From Octopus vulgaris (taxonomy: Eukaryota): 64,000 nt of DNA. The position numbers were made by a program, and so were the translations under genes. The stretch lies in NCBI GenBank assembly GCA_951406725.2, contig OX597824.1, positions 60,078,001 to 60,142,000 on the forward strand, in the 5' to 3' direction. A model generated the notes under the pieces. The model ran no database searches. It saw nothing but the letters and a program-made list of their open reading frames with translations, and was not told where the DNA came from. Positions 1-13,723 of the stretch are shown in pieces. Every line of letters begins with the position of its first letter. Position 1 is the stretch's first letter.

Positions 1-1606
1 TGACTGGAGTTAAGAATAACTGAGCATCACTGATGCGATTGATGTTTATTCTGATCTATTGCAATTAGAATAGGATTGTGTGGGCAAATGTGAAATAGGT
101 TCCAGAGTGGGTAGTCTTGGATAGAGGGCACTAATTTAGTCAATAAAGTGGAGCCAGTGGCCATGACCACAGGACAACTTGTGAAGTTAATGTTTGCGAA
201 CTTTTTACATGTTGGTATCATTAGGGAAAAAATGGAAAGGGTAGGTGTTCTAGAGGGTTGCATTTTTGAGAAGAAAGAATTAAGTCCTTAGTGTGGACTT
301 AGAAAGAAATAAAGAAAAAAAGGGGACATTAAACATGGAATATTTTGTCCTGAGAACCAAACTTAATAAACCCAGGTCTATTTTAAAGAGAAAGAATTTA
401 ATTAACACTTTTGTTACCAAATTTCTGTTGAAATACACAACATTTATTTCAATTAATTTTGAAGAATTTAATAATGAAGAATTTAATAAAATAGCTAGGT
501 CATTAAGCTGGTGTTTGGAATATAAATTAGCACAAAATTTTGATCAAAGATTTTAATTTAGGTCATTTTAAAATAGGAAATTTGGATCAAAGAAACAAGG
601 GCTGTTTACAGCAGGTTAGTTAAAATGTGTCATATTGAGTAGTTCTGGTAACTATAGAGACAGCCCTCTGTTGGTTTGGTAAATCAAATGTTAAACATAA
701 TAAACCATGTTTAATGAAGATGGAATATGATCACTTGAAACATTTAAAACTGATTGAGTGTTAAACAAAGTCAAAAATGAATCCTTTAATTTGTATCACA
801 GACATTAACTAATTCTAATGCCAGTTCTTTGATTTATTTCAGAAAGTAGTCTGCTCAAAGAATAAAGTAATTACTGAACCAACATAAACAATTTTCGTAA
901 GAGGAACACAAGTAGAAAATTCAATTAGAAACTAAAAAATAAAATGAACACAAATGATATTTTTTCTTGTAATTAGATTTTATCTACTTCTTAAACTTTT
1001 TTTTTTTGGTTTTTAACATTAATGAAATCAATCCATTGGTATTTTCATGACGTTTTATAGTTTTACACTATGGTAACCTCACAGTTCAAAATCACTGCCA
1101 TTGTATTCTTCACTGTAGTTAGTCTTTTACTTGACAATGGAGAGGCCTAGCATATGTACTAACTTCAATAGTACATTCTGAATTGGAAAGATACAGAAAT
1201 TATTAACATAGCTTCTATACAATAATTGCACAAATTTATGAAGCATTCCACATTCTGAAGAATAGAAACAATAATTCAGAAACAAACTAGCAAAAACAAG
1301 AACAAACAATACTCCTGTCAACAAAGCACAAAAAGTAAAGAGGAAACAACCCCAAATATTAGAAAATACAGAGAATGATAACTACCAGTATATCTAAGTA
1401 TACAGTTCTTGTCTGAAAATCACAATGGAAGGAGACTAACAGAAGCAGTTTAAATAATTAATCCACTGATGTTTTTAGTACTCTTCTTCTTCCATGTCAA
1501 CAAATTAGAACATTTAATTATATACATAAAAAGCATATAGTTTGAGCCAATAAGTAGACCTCTCTGTGGTTACTTGTTTTAAATAAAGAACAGACATATT
1601 ATACAA

Positions 1607-2553
1607 CTAGCAGCATAGCCCGGGTATGTAAGAAACTTTGTCGATAAGCAATGCCCTTTACCTTTTTTGTACTCATTGAACCATTATTTTGTAAAATGAA
1701 GCCTAAAAGGCATTAAGGCATTCAAGGCACCGTTCCCTTGCATGCATGAAGAAAATCTATGACAGTCAAAGTGCATTTTCTGGTTTTGTTTAGCACACCC
1801 AACCCAGTTCTGCGGGATCAGTGTCGCGACGGGAATGCATGGGTTGGTAGTTTGACTGGCAGAGGTGATAAGGTTGCACATGCCGGCCCTTTTGACACTG
1901 CCATCCCCACCCCCCGAACCCAAGTTGGATTCAGACCACAGCTAAGCCCTACCTAATCCTAACTTAAGTCTAGCAAAAGCGGGTTCAGGAGCAAAAATCG
2001 GTTTGCTATGTGTGCCACATATGATGTAATTAACCGATTTTTTCCAGTAATAACGTATCCTATTGGAATCAAAAGGGCCATATAGCTCCTTGGAGCAGAC
2101 ATGATGCTCGCAAATTTCAAAAAAATTCCTGCCAATTTGTTAAAGATATTGTCGAAAATATGTCATCTTGAATTTGAACGCGATTTCCCAAAATGGCATG
2201 ATTTTATTGATTTTTTCTGATGGTAAGGTATTGCATGGAAAACTAACGTCTGAATTAAGTTCCTTAGGGTAACATTAAACTTCACCATGAGTTTGGTGAA
2301 AATCGATTGCAAGTTGCGAAAACTACAACGGAAAATGTGTTGCATATGATAAGCTTAGATTCTTGACCCCATATCGAATTTATTGATTTTTTTCAGAACT
2401 GGGGGAACTTTTCAAAATTTTTGCTGCGTTAGTTTTGAATTATGACATTGGGCTATGTGTATGTCAAGTTTACTCAGAATCGGTTGAAAGCCGTGGTCAG
2501 GGTGAGGGTACAACCTGACAGACAAACTGCCTTTTATATATATAGAGAAGAGA
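1607..2553 (-). mobile_element. Non-autonomous Helitron-like element
   Basis: On the minus strand it begins A|TCTCTTCTCTATATATATAAAAGG and ends ...cccgggctatgctgCTAG|T. It is more CpG-rich than the flanks and has no TSD. Confidence 0.6.
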
Positions 2554-3596
2554 TGAAGTATTTGATACTTTCTCAATAAAAATAGGATGGTCACAACCGG
2601 AATGTTTGCTTGATTACAGATCAGAGGAAATCATGACAAAAGATTTTATAAAACATTTTTTCAGCATACAGATCCTCTAAAAAACCCCTTCCTTCCCTAA
2701 AAATAATGTTCTGCAACTCACACTGGTTTCATCACAGACTAATTTCACCAGTCTGGGATGGTTTGCAAAGGCTATGAGAACTCTCCCTCTCTTCATCTTT
2801 GACATAAATGTTTAAAAATATTTGTGAGCCCTGTATATCTATGATCCCTCTATGATTGTGGCTCCTGTACTGCAATGACTCTGCATATGTATGACCTCAG
2901 TGGCCCCTGCACAACTGTGGCCTCAGTATGTGACTTATGTATGTATTCATAAAGGTAAAGAATGACAAGGCAACAAAACACTGGTATATCATGTGGAATT
3001 GTTTATTTCAATTTTCAATCTAAGGTAACCATAGAGATAGGTTACATGTTTTAGTGCTCAATAACAAAACACTGTAACAGGCTGTGTATGTGTGTGTGTG
3101 CATACATGTATCAGTGAATGTTTTTATATGTATGTGTGTTAAGATTAAATAAGAAGACAAGAGAGACAAAAAAATGTAAACCAACAAAAAGTGTGCTATG
3201 TGTGAAGCAGGTACTATCAGTTCTTATTGAGTTGGACTGAAAATTTAATAAATAGACTCAAAGGGAGCTAAATAAAATTTTTCAGTACTTTTCTTACTTT
3301 ATTTGATGATATAGCATTCATAACAAAAGGTAAAGCTACAAACATTATTTTACTCCAAATATATAATATTAAATGAGTAATTATAGCAAGATATGTTTTA
3401 TGAAACCAAAACAATATTTGTAGAAAGTAGTGCTGATTAATTTGCAGAAATCTTTCTTGGTTCATGCCATTGAGATTCTAGTCACTGCTACCATAAATTC
3501 TGTATATTTAAGTTAAGGATGTTAAACTAAAAAAAAAACCAACCCCACTAATTGTGAATTTATTTGACTAAATCAAGACTATTGACTTTGTTTGTC

Positions 3597-3870
3597 CCTT
3601 CTGTTACCATATTTCTGTTAAATTCTGTTAAAAATCATAAACATACAGATGGCAGTCTAACAGAGATGTAACTGTGTACAGTTGTTCAGTGTTTTTCTTG
3701 GAATTAATTCTAAAATTATGAAGAATATATTAAAACTTCATTATTAAGCTGATGTTACGAATATAAATTAACATGACATTTTAACAGAAAGTAGCAGATC
3801 ATTTTCAAACAGGAAGCTTGATCCATAAAACCAAGGGCAGTTTCAGGCTGTTTGGTATCAACAGGTTAAA
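3597..3870 (+). repeat. AT-rich MITE family with CCCTT...AAGGGTTAA ends (piggyBac-like)
   Basis: Related copies at ~403-620, 14014-14105 + 14685-14810 (split) and 15700-15846(-), the last ending gtaacaaaagggttaa. Confidence 0.6.
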
Positions 3871-4585
3871 GCAGAAAGACGTGTGTACATATGTGTATTT
3901 GTACATTAACGTAAACATTTGGTATGCTTTAAGTGCTGTTATTTCTACTTTAAAATATTATTTCCGTATTTCACTTATATATAGTAACAGTTATTGAGAT
4001 AATATTATTCTAAAAGTAAATAGTCGATTTTTAATTGATAATCAAAAGAAACAACCCCACAGATGTTCTATTTTTTATACAATGGTATTTCCAATACAGA
4101 GATTAAGTAAAACTGAGCCTGTTATGAGGTTTCAGTGAAGTCATTTAATCAATTGTTTTCTTGTGGATTAATTATTTTTAAAAAATTAATGAAAATGAAC
4201 CCCTTTTTAAAGAGAAAACAAAAACAAACAAAAAACAGATCAAATTATAGATGTGACTTTTGAACCAAATTTGACTGTGTTGTTGTTGTTGAAGTGAATA
4301 TAAAAATGATTCTTGTATATTTGCAATAAAACAGAAAAGGGAGAAACAAGAACAGTTTTTGTAATTTTATCCACAAATATCAGAGACATCATTTCAAAGA
4401 GATGACATACATGATGATGATGAGGGGGAAAATCATCAATGAAGCCATTTTTTGTAAGAGTATTTACTGTGCATTTTCAAATGTCATCAAGGCAGAACTG
4501 ACTTCAGTTCTCCAATTTTAATTCAAGTTAACTTCTGGGAAAACTCAAGTTTACAGATTCTCAACAGTGCCACGTTTAACATTTC

Positions 4586-4600
4586 TCAGTGTTTTGATTT
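4586..4600 (-). CDS. Possible terminal coding exon of KLHDC2-like gene (KSKH*) followed by AT-rich 3' UTR
   Basis: Strong acceptor tttactttattttacag at 4601-4617. Phase 0 gives AAA TCA AAA CAC TGA. No homology support; candidate AATAAA on the minus strand at 3002-3007. Confidence 0.35.
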   Translation of the reverse strand, partial: KSKH

Positions 4601-5478
4601 CTGTAAAATAAAGTAAAAATTATTAAAAAAAAATTAAGAGATCTGGAAATAATTCTTACATCACAGTATATGTACAAGTATTGTACTGATGTTTAACCCT
4701 AGGCCTGCAATGATCAAACAGTCCCATGATCAATAATGCTCCAACCATGACCATCCTGCCTTTTTGTCTAATGTAATGGGCAATTTTTTTACATCATTGA
4801 CCCTTCATGGAAAGCTTAATATCTTATCACCTTCCCTCCATGTGTAGTGGGGGTGCAATATAATTAAAAAGTTTAATTAATATAAAAATTTCTGGATTTA
4901 AAAATGATTATTTCACTCTCTCATGTTATACATTTTAATAAGAATTATTTAAGGAAATTTAATGAAAATATTTAACAGAATCGATAAAAGACGATAAAAA
5001 TTCAGTCATATCATATTGATATGGTCAGGAATGGATTGCATGAATGTGTGTACCTCATGAGCGAAAAACAAACTCTCACTATAAAATATTCACTTTCTTT
5101 TGCATTCGGCACAAGCATAAATTCATATAAGATTCCTGCATTGTTGTCAAATAAATGTACAAATGGAGAATAATTGGTGCTCTTTTTTGATCCAGCAGCG
5201 ATTAAAGCATCACTTTCTTCTGTGTTATCTAGATCATCATTATCTACCTCAACTAATGATAAAGGGAAATCAAAAAAAGAACTTCTGTATAAATTTATCA
5301 TTTGTGACTTGATTTCTCCCATCGATAACGGTTATTTATGCTTAAGTGCATTTGATGAAGCAGATGCTTGGACATCAATTGATGATGGCTGTATCCATGT
5401 AAAATCTTTGAAACATAAATTGACAATATTTGCCATAGTGTTTGTTGTGTTTAGTGACTACTACTTATTGCATTGATA

Positions 5479-5812
5479 TGAGGGTTGGCTGGAAAGTTCA
5501 TAGACTGACAATCAAATAGAGTTTATATTTCAACATAGTCCCCCGTGTGGTCCACACACTTTTTCCATTGGTGTTATAGTTCATGTATCCCATTGGTGAA
5601 GGAGCTTTCATTCTGTTGGTCAAAAAGAATCATCAGAGGGCTAAACCATTTTTCTAACAATACAATGCCCAATTTTGTCAATTTTCAAGAGAAGTCACTA
5701 TTAGTTACTTCTGAAGTTTTCATAAGAAGAGTTGAAAGAAGTGCCTGCCAGATTTCACAGATCTAGCACCACTGCTTCATTGTCAGCCTATGAACTTTTC
5801 AGCCCACCCTCA
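5479..5812. mobile_element. Mariner-derived MITE
   Basis: ~34-bp TIRs tgagggttggctggaaagttcatagactgacaat / attgtcagcctatgaacttttcagcccaccctca with TA on both sides. Confidence 0.85.
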
Positions 5813-6269
5813 TATTTCACTGGAAATTAGTGACTTTTAACCTTAAATTATTGAGTTCTTTAAGGTTCAGTTTGCTTAATTATTCAGCACCCATAAAACT
5901 CAAAATCATTTAATGTGTTTATTGACTCCCTTGGACAGCCACATAAAAATCCTTAGGGGTCAACATTAACCACTTTGCCAACACCTCGTATATTCCTATA
6001 TTTAAGACAATAGGGTGTGAGTCAATAGATATTTGGCTGTTATAACTAGCCAGTCTAGTGACCAATAAAGGCCCCTTGTTAGCTTGACCATATGAACATA
6101 TGTCACAGGAATGCTGAAAGCAGGTAGTATATCCCCCAAAATTTGTATAATACTTTAAAAAAACCATAATGAATCAATCTGGTAAATCAAAGCTGCTGTA
6201 CAAACTTTAAGTTAGTGTAATGCTCTTAAACTAATACATACACACACATATTACACGCAGTAAAATTAT

Positions 6270-6500
6270 GGCAAATATGGAGAAAACAGTAAATGTTTGA
6301 GTGGATGATCTGACATAGCATCATTCACTTCATCTCATGGCATTATTTTCCAAAAGGCAATAAATTTATTTAAACGGTAGTAGCAAGGAGCTGAGCAATC
6401 AAATTGTTGTTGGTTCTTGTGGGTAGTTTGGAAAGATCAAGAAATGGTCCACTCTCCATAGCAATTAGATAACAAAAGAATCAGCAACTGTTGGAAGTGC
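6270..6500 (+). mobile_element. Possible pogo/Tigger transposase (CENP-B HTH) relic
   Basis: Broken frames give MEKTVNV*VDDL..GIIFQKAINLF..SCG*FGKIKKW..IT.ESA, resembling the Tigger N-terminal region. Confidence 0.4.
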
Positions 6501-7558
6501 ATGCATGTGTGTGTGAGAGAGAAAATGCTAGATAAATTGCATGTAAATACTGCCCACACGTCATGCAACTCTGTTTAACACTAATTCCCTAGAGCACTCT
6601 TTTGTTCTTGGAGACAATATTTTCAGTGGATAGCAAACATTATAGCAGTAATTGTATGATAACATGCAAGAAACGACTTGTATGCATATATACTCCCACA
6701 TACACTAAATTGTTCATATACCAGAAGTAGGGTATGGTAACAAAATAGTACCGGCAGGTCATTCAGGGACAAAAAAAAGAAGTGTGGGGAAGATATAACT
6801 GGACACTGGGTACACCAGAACTAGTAGGCTATGGGATGATAGAGTTCTATAAGCACACAATGCAGAATAAGGAGTGTGGAGAGGAAATAAGTGAACATTG
6901 GGTACACAAGAGTTGATAAATTCTGGCATGGTGCGGGAGCTCCATTAGTACTCAACAGATTTAACAGGTAGCTTCCAGTCCATAAAATGAAAGATTGACA
7001 GCAACTTTAGGCAGTAATAAAACTAGAATGTCCTCTTCATATAAGATACAGTGGAAGATTTTGCTAATATCAAATACAACAACATCACTTTTGTCAAATA
7101 GACCAAATGAGCTGAGGCAGTGGCTGGACATTGATGATGACTACATTTTTGCAGACATGAGATGCAAATTGACAATGGTGAGTAAAAAAAACTTACTGAA
7201 TGCTGATAGTGGGAGTAGATGAGGCAGTAGAAGTCCAAAGAAAATGTGGAAGATTTAACCCTTTAGTATTAAAACCGGCCATATCCAGCCCAAATATTTT
7301 ATGTTCTAACAAGCCAGGTCCAGCTTATTACACCTACCCTTCAATGCCATGAAATTTCGAGGGAGGAGCTAAGGCAATTACGTTGATCCCAGTGTTCAAC
7401 TGGTGCTTATTTTATCAACCTTGAAAGGACGAACAGCAAAGTCAACTCTGACGGCATTTAAACTCAACGTAAAAACGGATGAAATACTGCCAAGCATTTT
7501 TCCCGGCATACTAACAATTCTGCCAGCTCACCACTTTAATAATAATAGTAATAATAAT

Positions 7559-9260
7559 CCTCTCTTTCTCTCTTCTACTAGTTTTTTTTTCTGTTTTTAC
7601 TTTCTGTTAATGCCAGGGTGGTGAGAGGAGTTTGAGCACCCATCACTTATAAAATGCTCCAATGGCCTGTGCAAGACCTGTCCTCTAACAGTCAAGTCTG
7701 ACTCGTTTGCCAAACCAACAGGAGAAGAGTGGGAAAAGGCAAGTATCTGGCATCTTCATATAACTAGTGCTCCAGACAGGCTGTACTTGTAAGCCTTGGA
7801 TGGCAAACAGGTAGGAGAAGGAATACCGAGTTCAAAACCAGGGGAGCAAGGCCTCAGCTGCCTCGGCTGACTACCTTGATAGAAATGGTGTCTTGATAAA
7901 AATACCGGTTAGTAGTAACCTAAAAACACACTTCATTTGTGAGTGAGAACGTGAAGCAAAATAGATGACAATAACAGTGAACAAGACTGGAACCAATGGT
8001 GAAGGTGTCACACTCAGCAGGTGCCCCACTGTGCAGCAGAGTAGGGCCGGTTGTAATCCAGCAACTGCTAGCCATGCTACAAGATGTAAGTGGAGTAAAC
8101 AAGTGAACATGATAATTATGGAGTGTTACTACTGGAGCACCCCAGTGGATGCGAATGGTGTGTCTGTCAGAGGGTACAGAAAATGAATGCACAATGAATA
8201 GAAGGATATGGAACTCTTTGAAATTACTGAACAGAGGTTATGTGACCAAGCAAGAGCAATACAAAAGAATGGATGGTTAACAGATGGTTAATAGAAGCTA
8301 TTAAAAGAAAAATATCAGGTGATACTGGACATGCGAGAAACAAAAGTGGTATAGTGGAAGAGATCGACAATTGTTCGCAAAAATATAACATTGTGAATTA
8401 TGAAAGAATTGAGATCAGTGACTACTCAAACAATGAAGACTGATTCATAATAGACAAAATTTTGGATCTATTAAATACAGGACAGAATTTATGTGCGACT
8501 TTAAGAAGGCTAACCAATGGAGACTAAATCAAGAGACCAGTAAAGTCAATAATGTATTGAGACACATTGAAACAAAGAACATCACACAAACAAACAATCT
8601 TAACAAGGCTGCTAGTAGGATTGTGGCAGAAAGGATGGGATTGAGAACTACTGAGAATAGAACAGCAACGGATACAAGACGAAATAAACAACCGTGGTGG
8701 AAAAGAAGAGTTTCTGAAGATATAGACTCCTTGAATAGCGTAGTATCAGTGCTTGTTAAGAAAAGAATGGAAATTCAAATGTAATTGAAGAACTGAAGGC
8801 TGGTGTCATCAAAACTGAAAATTGTGTAACTAAAGAAAAATTTAAACATGAAATTGTTGTGGTGAATAAAAAAAGAAAGAACATATTTGATAATTGACAT
8901 AGCATGCCCCGGTGACAACATGGTCAGTGTGAAAGGAGAAAAAAAATAAACAACTATGATGATTTAAAGTGTGAAATACAAAGGTTGTGGTCAATGAAGA
9001 GAGTAGACGTGATACCAAAAATATTTGATGCACTTGGGAGTATCAGCACTCAACTACCAACATGGCTGAAAAAGATCAGTACTAGTGTGAAGGTAGAAGA
9101 CCTACAAAAATTAGAATTGCTTGGAACTGCAAGAATTCTTCGCAGGGTTCTTGAAGCATGACCAGTAAACAAGTGTCACCTTAGTCTGCTGGCTGTGGAC
9201 AGCTGACACTTTCCATCATACCCAGCAAAATAAGCAGTGAGTTTTCATATAATAATAATA
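7559..9260 (+). mobile_element. Internally deleted R4/Dong-like (RLE) non-LTR retrotransposon
   Basis: KQPWWKRRV; C-terminal DIACPGD..YDDLKCEIQRLW..ALGSIS..LLGTARILRRVLEA*. (TAA)n tail at ~9249 and (AAT)n at the 5' junction. Confidence 0.75.
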
Positions 9261-9333
9261 GTGCAGGCCAGAAAATGAATCCATGCAAGCTTTGATAAAA
9301 TGGATGTTAAGATAATAAAATTTTTTTACTTAC

Positions 9334-9475
9334 TACCAGATTTGAAGAGAATTTGATGGGGTCATTTATAATAGCCTGCTCCTTTAATTTGGCATATTTA
9401 AATAACCTTTGAGGCAAGTACTTCCACTCTGCTTTTGTTTTCTGACGGTATTTTACTAGTGTATCAACAGACAGT
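9334..9475 (-). CDS. KLHDC2: KLHDC2-like exon 10 (BC-box / cullin-box region)
   Basis: tttttttag| LSVDTLVKYRQKTKAEWKYLPQRLFKYAKLKEQAIINDPIKFSSNLV. Resembles human LSLEAV...SWNCLPKHLL. Ends at donor GTAAGT (9333), or reads through to TAA at 9307-9309. Confidence 0.85.
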
Positions 9476-9697
9476 CTAAAAAAATAAAAAAGTTGTAATT
9501 TAAAACAAAAGAACTAATTAACAAAAGCTTGAATCTCAACAAAAATTCCAATGAGAATTGCTAACATTTTTAGTTTCAGAGTAAAACAGAATAAGAAACT
9601 TCTGATTAATCATTAGCATGAAAAACTTCAACAACTAATGTTAGCTGAATATATTTTAAACACCATCAGACACAAATAAGAAATGAAGTTAATATGC

Positions 9698-10300
9698 TTC
9701 ACTGGATGTGCAATGTCAGTGTACACATATAACAGATTTTAAGCATCTTGAGAGAAAAATTGGGCATAAGAAGCTTCAATTGTGTATGCAAGCAAGATGA
9801 CTGTGCTGGTATAGTCATGTGATGCATATGGATGAGGACAGCTGCATAAAGAAGTGCTGATCTCAAACTGTGGAGAGAACCTGTGGAAGAGGAAGAGCCA
9901 GGGAAACATGGGATGGGGTGGTGAAGCATGGTCTTTGGCTGTTGAGTCTCATGGAGACAATGGTAAGTGATACAGACCTTTGGCAATTTTCTGTGCTTGA
10001 AAAGACATGTCAAGCTAAGTGAAATCATAGTTGTGGCCAGTGCCAGTGACATGGAAAAGGCACCTGTGCTGGTGACGTATGAGAGGCACTTGTACCAGTG
10101 GCGTGCAAGAGGCACCGGTGCTAGTGATAGATGAAAGGCACCCTCTATGCTCTTGGAATGGTTGGTAGTATGAAGGGCATCCAGCTCTAGGAACCAAGCC
10201 AAAACAAACTGGAGCCTGGTGCAGCTCTTTGGCTTAACAGTCCCAGTCAAACCATCTAATCCATGCTAGCATGGAAAATGGATGCTAAATGATGATGATG
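9698..10300 (+). mobile_element. RTE-clade LINE 3' end with internally repetitive 3' UTR and (GAT)n tail
   Basis: HWMCNVSVH..LREKLGIRS..TCGRGR, followed by the widespread ...ccatgctagcatggaaaatggatgctaaatgatgatgatg end. Confidence 0.75.
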
Positions 10301-11123
10301 ACCCCCACTCACAACATTTGACACCCAGTAATTACAGCCATTTACATTCCTGCATGCACATGAGTAATTTCTCTTGGCATTTATTATGATTCAAAATTCA
10401 AATTCATATACTCTTACTTCTGAAAGTCATGTACAGTGGCGCAGGTATTGAATATTTGTTTTAGAAGAATGGACATCTAGGGTGATGAGATAGAGGTCCC
10501 TGCCACTACCCATAAACATGAAACTATTCTAACAATTACTTTCCTAACATCATCATTTTCCACACAGCCCATCAAAATTAATTGGGGAAGTGCTTTTTCA
10601 ATTGTAGATTGGTTGTTGTTTAGCCTCAGGTCAACCTTGATGAAGCAGATCTTATAGCTTAATTTAAGGATTAAGAACACTATTTTGCAACTACTTGGTT
10701 TTCAGTTCAATCCCATTATGTGGCACATTGGGTAAGTATCTTCTAGTATTGTCTTCAGTTGGCAAAATCTTTGTGACTGAAATTTGGTAGATGAAAACTA
10801 GATGGAAGCTTGTTGGAGATATTCTAGTTCATGGGTGGTAGCGTTTATCTATTAACCTAACACCATTACCTGGTCACTGGGTGACTTTAGCAAAGTCATC
10901 ATTTACTCTGGTCTTTGGTTGGATGTAATTTCTTCCCTTAAGTCTTAGAGACCTCAGAAAATGGTCACTAGTGTTGTCTTTTCTCCCCTAAGTAATGACC
11001 ACAAACAAAAGCAATGTCAGGGCTAACAAATGTGAAGTAGAATAACTGAAGACACAGTGGAATGGTTATAAAAACAGTGGGATATGATAGTAACCACCAT
11101 GTAGAAAAAAAAAGTTAACTTAC

Positions 11124-11176
11124 TGCAAAAGAGACTTTGGTTTGATCCGGAATTGTATTACTTCGTTTGTGTGGAT
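11124..11176 (-). CDS. KLHDC2: KLHDC2-like exon 9 (start of BC-box)
   Basis: tttttag| IHTNEVIQFRIKPKSLL(Q) |GTAAGT. Resembles human HSNEILIFSVQPKSLVR; phase 0->2. Confidence 0.9.
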
Positions 11177-12164
11177 CTAAAAACATGAAAAAACAATACT
11201 TTCTGATACAAAATTTCACACAATAGAGATAAGAAGGAAGAGTAATGGATTAATTAATTACGATATTCAGGTCTTTTGGACAGCTAAGCCAATTTATCAG
11301 TTACTTACTATATATCAGGGCCCTAACATCTGATCAAGGGTTTCTTATCATTTCATTGCTTATGAGGTGCATTTTTCCACAAATATATATAAGAAGAAAA
11401 CAATCTGCATTAACAAATACAAGGCGTAGGCATGACTGTTTTGTTAAGAAGTTTGCCTCCAAACCATGTGGTTCAAGGTTCACACCTTGGACAAGTGTCT
11501 TCCTTTCTATTATCATTTAGCATCTGTAACCCATGCTAGCATGGGCTAGATGATTTGACAGGATCCAATGAGCCAGAGGACATGACTATGTTGAACTCCA
11601 ACATATATTTTGGCATAGTTTCTATGTCTGGATGCCAGAAGATAACTGGACTCTCAATCACAAAGTTATGGGTTCGATTCCCAGGCTGGGAAACATTGTA
11701 TCCTTAGGCAAGGCACTTTACTTCATGTTGCTTCATTTCACTCAACCAGCAAAAATGGGCATTCAGATTGAAAGAACACTCAGTCAGCATCAAGCTAAGC
11801 CCAAGGTATGCCCTAACTGAGCAGATATATGACAAAAACGGTATTCCAACCATAACTATTCCATTTATTCATTTCAGGCATAGTGAACCCCAGACTGCCT
11901 TCCAATGACCCCTTTTCAGGAAGATTTGGCTGCCATTCTTAGCAGGCAGGTGAACCTGAAGAAACCTCATTTTATTTATAAGTGCAGAAGTGGAAGTTAT
12001 GGCATTCATTATAGCCCCACTTTAGAATGTTAATGATGTAAATCTCCAACTAAGATTTGAAACTGTATTGCCAACTGAAATTTTCTGAGACCATAACACA
12101 ACAGCATCATCACCAGGACAACAAGACATTGCAGAAGAAGGTAGAAGAAATTATTATTACTTAC

Positions 12165-12325
12165 AGCTTTTTGGGTATAATCCAAAATATTACTACAACA
12201 ACCTCCAAATATGATGACGTCATCATCTGGAGTGACACAACAGGAATGCCAGAGGCGGGGTATAGAGAAGGACATCTCATAGATTATCCAGCTAAAAGTA
12301 GTTACATCAAATAACCAGATATCAG
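12165..12325 (-). CDS. KLHDC2: KLHDC2-like exon 8
   Basis: gtttcag| (A)DIWLFDVTTFSWIIYEMSFSIPRLWHSCCVTPDDDVIIFGGCCSNILDYTQKA |GTAAGT. Resembles human PRLWHTACASDEGEVIVFGGCANNLL; phase 1->0. Confidence 0.95.
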
Positions 12326-13189
12326 CTGAAACATAAAGAAGAGTAGCACAGGATAGCAAGAGAGAGAAACACTCCTAGAAAATATTATGATGAAGGTGAT
12401 TATCATTCTAATGTTAGTGTGTGTGTGTGTGTGTGTGTGTGCACGCACACGCACAATGTGAGCATCTATGAGTTTGTCTCCATGCATCTCTGCATTAATG
12501 TCTATGTTCTGCATATATATGTTGCACAGTTCAATGATTCAACATGTGAAAACCAGTAGAATAAAGTACGTAATCATGATGATGGTGGTGACAGTGGTAG
12601 TGATAATTTCTATGCTGGTATAGTGTAGTAGTCTGTGATACGGCACATCACATTCCTTTAAAGCCTGCATTAACTTACAAACTTTTCAGGTCCAAAACCC
12701 TCAGATCTATTTAACCCCACCTCTAGCCATGAATTCTAATTCTTGGGTTTCCAGTTACAGGTATCCTTCAATGTCAGAAAATAGACATTGCCCACACTCA
12801 TTTATCAGCTATATGCATCATTCCCACACAATCATTCTTCCTGCATACCTCAGCTTATATTTTTAATACCCAATCTCCCTCTCTCTCGTACACTACCTCT
12901 TATGTAGGTTAATACATTTAATGTCCATCTCTCATTAGTATGTGGTTCTACTTTTTACACAGAAAGGAAGCCTTTATTTTCTACAGAAGCAACAGATCTC
13001 TGAACTATCCCTATACCCTCCACACTTTAGCTGCACTACTATCTCTGCATCTACTTACCATCACTACAATGCACTAAGTAGGCTACCATAGTAACAGAAC
13101 AATGTCTAGTGAGCTAAATAGATCATAAATTCCATTACATAGGTATTCTTATTGTTTACGCTTGTATATCTATTACGACAGAAGCCCTT

Positions 13190-13385
13190 GTACTATGTCA
13201 GCTGGACTAAAATCATAATCAATGTTTATCACAGATGAAGACTTGCTTCCCTGTCAGTCTACTAAAAATCTTTAAAATCTATCACAACTGAAGTCCAGGT
13301 GTCCTGTCAGTTCACTAGATATCCTACTGAACATTTATCACAAATGATGCTCCGGTAACCTGGGTCATTTGTCAGATACACTGTT
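13190..13385. repeat. ~55-bp degenerate tandem repeat (3-4 units)
   Basis: tgtcag..actaaaa..tttatcacagatgaag recurring; a 22-bp repeat gacacagacattatcaggca follows at 13500-13570. Confidence 0.55.
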
Positions 13386-13610
13386 ACATCTATTTCTTCC
13401 ATTAAGGACAAAATATGGAACCTGGTGTGACCACTGGCCTTGCCAGCTCTGGTCAAGCTGTCCAACCTATGCCATGGAAAATGGAGTTAAATGATGATGA
13501 TGACAGACATTATCAAACAGGCACAAACACAGATATTATCAGGCAGACACAGACATTATCAAGGCAGATGATGCCATCATTAGAGATAAAAAAAAGGTGG
13601 GTGCTGTTAC

Positions 13611-13723
13611 CTAAAGGTTGATTATCCTGAGTAAAACCTCCGCACAAAAGAATGCGTGTGGGAGAAACAGCTGTGAAAGAGCACCAAGATCTGCCACAAG
13701 GGACATGACCTGTTATCTGAGGC
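13611..13723 (-). CDS. KLHDC2: KLHDC2-like exon 7
   Basis: tggcag| PQITGHVPCGRSWCSFTAVSPTRILLCGGFTQDNQPL |GTAACA. Resembles human CPVGRSWHSLTPVS..LFGGFTTDKQPL; phase 2->1. Confidence 0.92.

Noticed and set aside
1-290. 78-aa minus ORF (and similar strand-biased segments at 18140-18530 and 18900-19250)
   Set aside because: Possibly old LINE endonuclease debris, but no diagnostic motif could be confirmed.
1119-1177. Candidate minus-strand terminal exon (CTIEVSTYARPLHCQVKD*)
   Set aside because: It needs phase 1 entry, which is incompatible with KLHDC2 exon 10 (phase 0), and I recognise no homology.
6968-7177. Plus-strand exon-like segment (ttaacag...ATG|GTGAGT)
   Set aside because: The long frame has a TAA soon after the acceptor, there are no partner exons, and it is probably a transposon remnant.
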